In this document: in pieces, positions 25,072 through 32,000 of the stretch
Layout: each line of letters begins with the position of its first letter
Position numbering within the stretch: the stretch's first letter is position 1
Source: Micrococcus luteus NCTC 2665
GTDB lineage: Bacteria > Actinomycetota > Actinomycetes > Actinomycetales > Micrococcaceae
DNA: 32,000 bases
Direction of reading: 5' to 3'
NCBI RefSeq assembly: GCF_000023205.1
Contig: NC_012803.1
Span: forward strand, 1,290,001-1,322,000
Translations under genes and position numbers: made by a program
Notes under the pieces: generated by a model
Told to the model about the DNA's origin: nothing
The model's database searches: none
Seen by the model: only the letters and a program-made list of their open reading frames with translations

Positions 25072-25168
25072 GCGTTGCTCGTTGCCCGCCGCGTCGTGAG
25101 CCGGCGGGGGCCTCCTCCCCGGGTTGGATATCGGTGTCGAATCGAATCCAGCGAGGAAGAGGCCCTGA

Positions 25169-26692
25169 ATGAAGGATGCCGCAGAAACCATGAAAATACT
25201 CAGTGCCTATGACCTGACCAAGTCATTGCGGGGCGCCGCCGAGCTGGCCGGTTGCTCCCATCACACCGTGGCCCGGCTGGTGCGGGCCCGCGACGCCGGC
25301 CAGACCCCTGGATCCGGAGCCAGCCGCCCGAAGGTCACCGATGTCTGGCTGCCCAAGATCGAGGAATGGGTCGAGGCCTCCACGGGCAGGATCCGCGCCG
25401 ATGTCGTGCACGCCAAGCTCACCGCAATGGGCTACACCGGCTCTGAGCGCTCCACCCGGCGGGCGGTGGCCGAGGTGAAGGCCGCCTGGCGGGCCGGGAA
25501 GCGCCGGGTGCACCGGCCCTGGATCACCGAGCCGGGCGCATGGCTGCAGTACGACTTCGGCGATGGGCCGGCGATCGACGGGGCCAAGACGGTGCTGTTC
25601 GTGGCCTGGCTGGCCTGGTCCCGCTACCGGATCGTCATCGCCCTGCGTGATAGGACGGCTCCGAGTGTGTTCGCCGCCCTGGACCGGTGCTTCCGGCTGA
25701 TCGGGGGCGCGCCGACCTATGTGCTGACGGATAACGAGAAGACAGTGACGGTCTCTCATGTGGCCGGGGTGCCGGTGCGTAACCAGGCCACCGTGGCGTT
25801 CGCTCGGCATTACGGCGTGGAGGTGCTGACCTGCCAGCCAGCGGATCCGGCCGCCAAGGGCGGGGTGGAGAACGCGGTGAAGCTGGCCAAGGCCGACCTG
25901 GTCCCGAAGGACACCAACCTGCGGGACCAGTACGCCTCGTTCGCTGAGCTCGAGGCCGCCTGCGCGGGGTTCATGGCCATGGTGAACTCCCGGGAGCACC
26001 GGGTGACCCGGCGCCGCCCGGACCACATGCTCGCCGAGGAGACCAGCGCGTTGCATCGGATCCCCGCCACGGCGCACACCGTGGCCTACGGGGTGGGACG
26101 GAAGGTGCCGGAGAACACGCCGATGGTCTCCTTCGAAAACGCCCAGTACTCGGTGCCCGCGCACCTGCTCGGGGCCGAGGTGTTCGTGCGCCATCACGGC
26201 ACCGGACCGGACTCGATGGTGGTGATCATGCACGCCGGTGCGCAGGGGCCGGTGGAGGTCGCCCGGCACCGGGTGGCCCGGCCCGGGTCCCCGGCCATCG
26301 ACGACGCGCACTTCCCCGGCCACGAGACGGACAAGGTGCCCAGGGACTACACCCCGGTGCCCCGTTCGGCGGCGGAGGCCGAGTTCCTGGCCATCGGGGC
26401 CGGAGCGAGGACCTGGCTGGTGGAGGCCGCCGCGGCCGGCACCAGCCGGATCGGTCAGAAGATGGCCGAGGCCGTCACCCTGGCCAAGCTCGCCGGCACC
26501 GACCAGGTCGACCGCGCCCTCGGGGTGGCCGCGGTGCACCAGCGCTTCGCCCACGGCGACCTGGCCTCCCTGCTCACCGCCGCCGGCCACCGCACCGGGA
26601 TGCACACCGCCACCGAGGAACGGTCCCTGACCCAGGGCACCGCCGGCTGGGCCGGCCTCGGTACCTCCAACACCGAGGGGGCAGCCCGGTGA
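25169..26692 (+). CDS. istA: IS21-family transposase IstA
   Basis: 507 aa with an N-terminal HTH (SLRGAAELAGCSHHTVARLV). The DDE core region reads WLQYDFGDG...VLTDNEKTV...GGVENAVK. istB overlaps it by 4 nt. Confidence 0.9.
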   Translation: MKDAAETMKILSAYDLTKSLRGAAELAGCSHHTVARLVRARDAGQTPGSGASRPKVTDVWLPKIEEWVEASTGRIRADVVHAKLTAMGYTGSERSTRRAVAEVKAAWRAGKRRVHRPWITEPGAWLQYDFGDGPAIDGAKTVLFVAWLAWSRYRIVIALRDRTAPSVFAALDRCFRLIGGAPTYVLTDNEKTVTVSHVAGVPVRNQATVAFARHYGVEVLTCQPADPAAKGGVENAVKLAKADLVPKDTNLRDQYASFAELEAACAGFMAMVNSREHRVTRRRPDHMLAEETSALHRIPATAHTVAYGVGRKVPENTPMVSFENAQYSVPAHLLGAEVFVRHHGTGPDSMVVIMHAGAQGPVEVARHRVARPGSPAIDDAHFPGHETDKVPRDYTPVPRSAAEAEFLAIGAGARTWLVEAAAAGTSRIGQKMAEAVTLAKLAGTDQVDRALGVAAVHQRFAHGDLASLLTAAGHRTGMHTATEERSLTQGTAGWAGLGTSNTEGAAR

Positions 26693-27474
26693 GCATCCAC
26701 ACCCCGAACACCGCCGCACCGGCGCTGCCGGCCGATTTGGAGGCGCTGTTGCGGCAGCTGAAGATGCCCCACGCCCGCGGTATCGCCGCCGAGGTACTGG
26801 CCACCGCCCGGGCCCAACGCTGGGAGCCGGCCGAGGTCCTCAAGGCCCTGCTGGTCGAGGAGACCACCGGTCGGGCCCGATCCATGCTCGCCGCCCGGCG
26901 CAAGGCCGCCGGGTTCCCCACCGGCAAGACCTTCACGACCTGGGATCCGGGCGCCTCCTCGATCCCGGCCCCGACCCAGCAGTCCCTGCGCACCCTGGAA
27001 TGGCTCTCGCGCAGAGAGAACCTCGTGGTCTGCGGGCCCTCCGGCACCGGCAAGACCTTCTTCCTCGAGGCCCTGGGCCAGCAGGCCGTGGAGGAGGGCA
27101 AGCGGGTGGCCTGGTTCACCCTGGAGGACCTCGGGGCGATGATCCGGGCCCACCGGCCCGATGACACCATCACCAAAGCCGTCGCCCGAATCCTGCGCGC
27201 CGACCTGATCGTCATCGACGACATCGGCCTGCTGCCGGTCGCCGACGATGCCGCCGAGGGCCTCTACCGCATCGTGGACGCCGCCTACGAGAAACGCTCC
27301 GTAGCGATCAGCTCGAACCTGCATCCGGCCGGCTTCGACGAGCTGATGCCCAAGACCCTGGCCACCGCCACCGTGGACCGGCTCCTGCACCACGCCCACG
27401 TCTGCCAGACCACCGGAGACTCCGTACGGATGACCCAGGCAATGGCCGGGAAGGGAGTCATGCCACTGAACTGA
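26689..27474 (+). CDS. istB: IS21-family helper ATPase IstB
   Basis: The GTG start overlaps the istA stop (GTGA). The 261-aa product has Walker A GPSGTGKT and Walker B LIVIDDIG. Confidence 0.9.
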   Translation: MSIHTPNTAAPALPADLEALLRQLKMPHARGIAAEVLATARAQRWEPAEVLKALLVEETTGRARSMLAARRKAAGFPTGKTFTTWDPGASSIPAPTQQSLRTLEWLSRRENLVVCGPSGTGKTFFLEALGQQAVEEGKRVAWFTLEDLGAMIRAHRPDDTITKAVARILRADLIVIDDIGLLPVADDAAEGLYRIVDAAYEKRSVAISSNLHPAGFDELMPKTLATATVDRLLHHAHVCQTTGDSVRMTQAMAGKGVMPLN

Positions 27475-27507
27475 TCCCATCACGGTGGCCAGCACCACCA
27501 CCCAAAC

Positions 27508-27601
27508 GGGCAAACCAGCTGGCCACCAGTGGGCAGTTCTGATGGCCACCAGCGGGAAGAAACACTGGCCGCCTATGGGCAGAACTCAATGGCCCTTGAC
27601 A
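27508..27601 (+). repeat. IS21 right terminal region with about four repeat units (inverted relative to left end)
   Basis: Its reverse complement is TGTCAAGGGCCATTGAGTTCTGCCCATAGGCGGCCAG...GGCCATCAGAACTGCCCACTGGTGGCCAGCTGGTTTGCCC. This aligns with 24956-25071 minus one unit. Confidence 0.7.
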
Positions 27602-27607
27602 CCGTGC
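27602..27607. repeat. target-site duplication of the IS21 element (CCGTGC), right copy
   Basis: It is identical to 24950-24955 and abuts the ...ACA terminus. Confidence 0.65.
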
Positions 27608-27826
27608 AGGGGTGAGGGCGTCGCCGCCCGACCCCTTCAGGGTGGCCGCCGACGTCGGGCGGCCTGACCAGCGCCGCTGCGCGGCGCGTAAGCTCATGGT
27701 GCAGGGCTCCCGCTTCCCCCGACGCGGCGAGGCGAGGCAGGTCGTGGGGATCCGCCGCTGCGGTGTACGTCGAGCGGAGGGCCCGCTGCCACAACGGCGG
27801 GCCAGCCGCACTCATCGCACAGGGAA

Positions 27827-27867
27827 ACGCCGCAGGCCGGACCCCGAGGGGATCCGGCCTGCGGCGT
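27827..27867 (-). terminator. ctaCDF operon terminator hairpin
   Basis: A 15-bp stem ACGCCGCAGGCCGGA / TCCGGCCTGCGGCGT has an inner CCCC/GGGG extension. It lies 17 nt downstream of the ctaF stop on the minus strand. Confidence 0.6.
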
Positions 27868-27883
27868 GGGAACGACGGTCGGG

Positions 27884-28285
27884 TCAGTGGGCGTACTTGC
27901 CCCGAGAGAACTCGTAGACCCACCCGAAGGTGAAGTAGGCGCCCGCGATGACGCCGATGATGAAGATCCACCAGCCGACGGCCAGACCGGTCACGATGAT
28001 CGCGCAGGCCAGGCCGAGGCCCAGCGGCCACCAGCTCCAGGGAGCGAAGGTGCCGTAGGTGCCGGCGTAGTCGGCGATCTGGCCGTCCGCATCATCGGCG
28101 GGCCCGACGCCGTACTTCCGCTCGGTGACGTTCAGGTACCACGCGATCATCCAGGACATCCCGGCCAGGGCGTAGAGGGCCGGGATGCCTGCCCACTCGG
28201 TCCACTCGACCCAGAACCCGTAGAGGGTGGCGGCTGCGATGAAGAACAGGCCGATGATCCAGAAGATGTTGGCTGCGACCTTCAC
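27884..28285 (-). CDS. ctaF: cytochrome c oxidase subunit IV (actinobacterial CtaF)
   Basis: 133 aa with four TM helices ([25 protein letters not shown]..). It overlaps the ctaD stop by 4 nt. Confidence 0.85.
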   Translation of the reverse strand: MKVAANIFWIIGLFFIAAATLYGFWVEWTEWAGIPALYALAGMSWMIAWYLNVTERKYGVGPADDADGQIADYAGTYGTFAPWSWWPLGLGLACAIIVTGLAVGWWIFIIGVIAGAYFTFGWVYEFSRGKYAH

Positions 28286-29991
28286 TGTGCGACCTTCTCT
28301 CCGAAGGCCTCAGACGTGTTCTGAGGCGAGTGCGGGAAGAGCTCCGGGTGGTGCAGATCCAGCGCCGGACGCTCGGAGCGGATGCGCGGCAGGGAGTGGA
28401 AGTTGTGCCGCGGCGGCGGGCACGAAGTGGTCCACTCGAGCGAGGCGCCGAAGCCCCACGGGTCGTCAACGGTGACCTTCTTGCCATAGCGCGAGGTGAT
28501 GTAGACGTTCCAGAAGAACGGGATCAGCGACGCGCCGAGAACGAAGGAGAACACCGAGGAGAACGCGTTCATCGCCTGGAAGCTGTCCTCCACCATGTAG
28601 TCCGCGTAGCGACGGGGCATGCCGATGACACCGAGCCAGTGCTGGACCAGGAACGTGCCGTGGAAGCCCACGAACAGCATCCAGAACTGGATCTTGCCGA
28701 GACGCTCGTTCAGCATCTTGCCGGTGAACTTCGGCCACCAGAAGAAGAAGCCGGCGAACATCGCGAACACCACGGTGCCGAAGATGACGTAGTGGAAGTG
28801 CGCCACGACGAAGTACGTGTCGGACACCTGGAAGTCCAGGGGCGGCGACGCCAGGATGACGCCGGTCAGGCCACCGAACAGGAAGGTGACCATGAAGCCG
28901 AGCGTCCACAGCATCGGGGTCTCGAAGGTGATCGAACCGCGCCACATGGTGCCGATCCAGTTCACGAACTTCACGCCGGTCGGGACCGCGATGAGCATGG
29001 TCATCACGGAGAAGAACGGCAGGAGCACGGCGCCGGTCACGTACATGTGGTGCGCCCACACCGTCACGGAGAGCGCGGCGATCGCCGTCGTCGCGAACAC
29101 GATGGACTTGTAGCCGAAGATCGGCTTGCGGGAGAACACCGGGATGATCTCCGACACGACGCCGAAGAACGGCAGGGCGATGATGTACACCTCGGGGTGG
29201 CCGAAGAACCAGAAGAGGTGCTGCCACAGGATGGCGCCGCCGTTCTCCGGGTTGAAGATGTGGCCGCCGAAGCGACGGTCCAGGCCCAGCGCGAAGAGCG
29301 CGGAGGCAAACGGCGGGAACGCCACCATGATCAGGATGCCGGTGATGAGCGTGTTCCAGGTGAAGATCGGCATGCGCCACATCGTCATGCCAGGAGCACG
29401 CATCGTCAGGATCGTGGTGATGAAGTTGACGCCGCCCATGATCGTGCCGAAGCCCTGGAGGACCAGACCGAACACCCAGAGGTCACCGCCGACGCCCGGC
29501 GAGTACGTGGTGTTGGAGAGCGGGGCGTAGGCGAACCAGCCGAACGAGGCCGCACCCTGCGGGGTGAGGAAGCCGGCGGTCGCGATGAGCGAGCCGAACA
29601 GGAAGAACCAGAACGCCAAGGCGTTCAGACGCGGGAAGGACACGTCCGGAGCACCGATCTGCAGCGGCACCAGCACGTTGGCGAAGCCCGTGAAGAGCGG
29701 GGTCGCGAACATGAGCAGCATGAGCGTGCCGTGCATGGTGAACAGCTGGTTGTACTGCTCCTTCGTCTGCAGGATCTGCATGCCGGGCTCGAAGAGCTCC
29801 GCGCGGATCATGAGGGCCATGACGCCGCCGATGCAGAAGAAGACGAAGGACGTGATCAGGTACATGTACCCGAGCACCTTGTGGTCGGTCGTCGTCAGCC
29901 AGCTGACGACGATCTTGCCCAGCGAACGGGGCACCACACGAGGCTGCGCCTGTGAGCGCACCTCATCCGTTGCGTACTCGTAAGTGGTCAT
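28282..29991 (-). CDS. ctaD: cytochrome c oxidase (aa3) subunit I
   Basis: 569 aa. Motifs are [27 protein letters not shown] and [10 protein letters not shown] (haem/CuB ligand regions). Confidence 0.95.
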   Translation of the reverse strand: MTTYEYATDEVRSQAQPRVVPRSLGKIVVSWLTTTDHKVLGYMYLITSFVFFCIGGVMALMIRAELFEPGMQILQTKEQYNQLFTMHGTLMLLMFATPLFTGFANVLVPLQIGAPDVSFPRLNALAFWFFLFGSLIATAGFLTPQGAASFGWFAYAPLSNTTYSPGVGGDLWVFGLVLQGFGTIMGGVNFITTILTMRAPGMTMWRMPIFTWNTLITGILIMVAFPPFASALFALGLDRRFGGHIFNPENGGAILWQHLFWFFGHPEVYIIALPFFGVVSEIIPVFSRKPIFGYKSIVFATTAIAALSVTVWAHHMYVTGAVLLPFFSVMTMLIAVPTGVKFVNWIGTMWRGSITFETPMLWTLGFMVTFLFGGLTGVILASPPLDFQVSDTYFVVAHFHYVIFGTVVFAMFAGFFFWWPKFTGKMLNERLGKIQFWMLFVGFHGTFLVQHWLGVIGMPRRYADYMVEDSFQAMNAFSSVFSFVLGASLIPFFWNVYITSRYGKKVTVDDPWGFGASLEWTTSCPPPRHNFHSLPRIRSERPALDLHHPELFPHSPQNTSEAFGEKVAQ

Positions 29992-30908
29992 CAGTGGCTA
30001 CCTCCACCGCGGGGGGTCTGGAGATCGCGCTCCATCGTCCCGGCGCCGTCAGGGTTGTTGTTGGGATTGCGGCTGTACTCGTCGCCCACCTGACCCGGCT
30101 CCATCTCCTCGAGGCGCTGGACGAACTCCGCCTCGTCGACGACCTCCACGTTGAAGAGCATCTCGGAGTGGGACTCGCCGCACAGCTCGGCGCACTTGCC
30201 GTCGTAGCTGCCCAGCTCCTGGGGGGTCAGGTACAGGTGGTTGGTCTTGCCGGGCACCATGTCACGCTTCTGGAGGAACTGCGGGATCCAGAAGGAGTGG
30301 GCCACGTCACGGGACTTCAGCTCGAAGTGCACCGGCACGTCATTCGGCAGGTACAGGACCGGAAGGGTGTCACGCACGCCCTCGGTGCCGTCCAGCTGGG
30401 CCTGGATTCCGGAGTAGTGGGCCTCGATGACCTCGCCGTTCTCCTGCTCGTAGGAGTAGTTGAAGTCCCAGGACCACTGCTTGCCGTACACGGTGACGGT
30501 CAGCGGCGAGTCGTCCACGGGGCGGTCGACCTCGGTCTGGACGCGGTTGGTGAAGCCCCAGAAGGTGACGACCATCAGGATCGGGATGGCCGTGAACATG
30601 GTCTCGAGCGGCACGTTGTAGGCCGTCTGCTTCGGGAAGCCCTGGTCGTTCTTGCGGCGGCGGTACGCCACCATGCACCAGATCATGGCGCCCCAGGCCA
30701 GCAGGCCGACGACCATGGCCGCGATCCAGGAGTTCACCCACAGGTCGGTGAGCTGGGCGTTGTGGTTGGTGGTGTCCCGGGTGCCGGGGTACCAGCCGCG
30801 CTGGACCTCTGCCGAACACCCGGTCAGCACCAGGAGCGCCGTGGTGCCCACGGCACCGGCGGTCCAGCGGCGGCGAGTCCGACGTCCGGCGTCATTCTGT
30901 GCTCTCAC
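29991..30908 (-). CDS. ctaC: cytochrome c oxidase subunit II (lipoprotein, CuA centre)
   Basis: 305 aa. It has a lipobox LVLTGCS and the CuA motifs HSFWIPQ and [12 protein letters not shown]. Its stop overlaps the ctaD ATG by 1 nt (TGATG). Confidence 0.9.
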   Translation of the reverse strand: MRAQNDAGRRTRRRWTAGAVGTTALLVLTGCSAEVQRGWYPGTRDTTNHNAQLTDLWVNSWIAAMVVGLLAWGAMIWCMVAYRRRKNDQGFPKQTAYNVPLETMFTAIPILMVVTFWGFTNRVQTEVDRPVDDSPLTVTVYGKQWSWDFNYSYEQENGEVIEAHYSGIQAQLDGTEGVRDTLPVLYLPNDVPVHFELKSRDVAHSFWIPQFLQKRDMVPGKTNHLYLTPQELGSYDGKCAELCGESHSEMLFNVEVVDEAEFVQRLEEMEPGQVGDEYSRNPNNNPDGAGTMERDLQTPRGGGSH

Positions 30909-31186
30909 AGACGGCCTTCCTCTTCATCTCGTGTGCGAGGGGCGTGCCCGCTCCCCCGGCGATTCGGCGACTTCTCGCAGCGTCCTCGCAGGGAGCACGG
31001 GTATGCCCTGATGATTCAGAGCCAGTCTAAGCCGAAACGAGCGGATTCTCCGCACCGTGACACGGGCGGATCGTGTCTGGGAGCCGGGTCCGAGCATCCT
31101 GGGCGCGGTGCCCGAGCACGACGACGGCGGGCCGGCCGAGGCCGACCCGCCGGTTCGCGGTCCGAGGCGCTCCGGGCGCCCGCAGA

Positions 31187-31579
31187 TCAGTGGAAGGAGT
31201 CGCCGCAGGCGCACGAGCCGCCTGCGTTGGGGTTGTCGATCGTGAAGCCCTGCTTCGAGATGGTGTCCTCGAAGTCGATGGTCGCGCCCATGAGGTAGGG
31301 CACGCTCATCTTGTCGACGATCACCTCGACCCCGTCGTAGTCACGGACGGTGTCGCCGTCGAGGACGCGCTCGTCGAAGTAGAGCTGGTAGATCAGGCCC
31401 GAGCAGCCGCCCGGCTGCACGGCGACGCGCAGCCGCAGGTCCGTGCGGCCCTCCTGCTCGAGCAGCGAGCGCACCTTGCCGGCCGCCACGTCGGTCAGCT
31501 CGACCTCGTGCGGGGGCAGGCCTTCGGCGTCCTGGGTCGCGCCGATCTCGACGCCGGTCTCCTCTGCGGACAGAGCCAT
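31187..31579 (-). CDS. erpA: iron-sulfur cluster insertion protein (HesB/IscA/ErpA family)
   Basis: 130 aa. Motifs are LRVAVQPGGCSGLIYQL and the C-terminal NPNAGGSCACGDSFH. Confidence 0.85.
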   Translation of the reverse strand: MALSAEETGVEIGATQDAEGLPPHEVELTDVAAGKVRSLLEQEGRTDLRLRVAVQPGGCSGLIYQLYFDERVLDGDTVRDYDGVEVIVDKMSVPYLMGATIDFEDTISKQGFTIDNPNAGGSCACGDSFH

Positions 31580-31633
31580 CGTGACCTCCTCAGATCATGG
31601 GGCGCGGACGGGGCTGTCACGCGCGTGTGGTCT

Positions 31634-32000
31634 TCAGGACAACACTAGCCGCCCACGGGGCATTCCCGGCCCGCCGCACCGGCGGCGGGCCGGGCACTCA
31701 CGGGAGAGCCGCGCGAGCCAGAGCGCCTCGGCCACGACGGCCCGCTTGAAGTCGTCGATGTGCAGCGACTCGTTCGCCGAGTGCGCCCGCGTGTCCGGGT
31801 CCTCCACGCCCGTGATGAGGAGGGTGGCCTCCGGGAAGACCTCGGCGAGGTCCGCGGTGAACGGGATGGAGCCGCCCATGCCGATCGCCCGGGGCTCGAC
31901 GCCCCAGGCGTCCTCCAGGGCGGCCATCATCGCGGCCGCGGCAGGGGCCGAGGTGTCCGTCGTGAACGGCTGACCGAATTCCCCCGCGGTGACCGTGATC
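31634..32000 (-). CDS. C-terminal part of M20-family dipeptidase/peptidase; 5' end outside window
   Basis: The frame is open to the window edge and the stop is at 31634-31636. GGSIPFTADLAEVFPEATLLITGVEDPDTRAHSANESLHIDDFKRAV is typical of M20 peptidase C-termini. Confidence 0.6.
   Translation of the reverse strand, partial: ITVTAGEFGQPFTTDTSAPAAAAMMAALEDAWGVEPRAIGMGGSIPFTADLAEVFPEATLLITGVEDPDTRAHSANESLHIDDFKRAVVAEALWLARLSRECPARRRCGGPGMPRGRLVLS

Larger units (their letters stand above)
24956..27601 (+). mobile_element. IS21-family insertion sequence (2646 bp) with istA-istB
   Basis: The termini are 5'-TGTAAGCGGCCATG... and ...CAATGGCCCTTGACA-3' (TG/CA ends). Both ends carry long imperfect inverted repeats built from multiple GGCCAY-N-CTGCCC units. 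The istA and istB genes overlap, and a 6-bp direct repeat flanks the element. Confidence 0.85.

Overview
This is a very GC-rich actinobacterial chromosomal window, and the gene order looks like core genome of Micrococcales/Corynebacteriales-type organisms. The conserved backbone runs pafC (3' end)-tatA-tatC-helY, then an amidohydrolase-like gene and ppm1 convergent with rbpA. An NfeD/SPFH membrane pair and a fadH-like dienoyl-CoA reductase follow. Next comes the aerobic respiration neighbourhood: DUF3054-lrp-like, trpD, ctaE-qcrC-qcrA-qcrB, convergent ctaC-ctaD-ctaF, erpA and an M20 peptidase (partial). Four insertion sequences from three families interrupt this backbone. Two are IS256-family copies in inverted orientation (12959-14383 and 23060-24484), identical apart from their left arms, each with its own 8-bp target duplication. 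One is an IS110-family element (about 21029-22519). One is an IS21-family istAB element (24956-27601) with a 6-bp duplication and multi-repeat termini. The IS110 element, one IS256 copy and the IS21 element sit in the non-coding gap between the convergent qcrCAB and ctaCDF operons. The most interesting signal is in the 246-bp non-coding left end of the IS110 element. It folds by eye into three consecutive hairpins, and the loop segments match the element's own left and right junctions in the geometry described for IS110 bridge RNAs. A sigma-A-like promoter is also split between the right end (-35) and left end (-10), so it would only be assembled in a circular or tandem form. No CRISPR array, tRNA/rRNA gene or recognisable defence operon was seen. 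All calls come from reading the sequence and ORF translations; no database search was possible.
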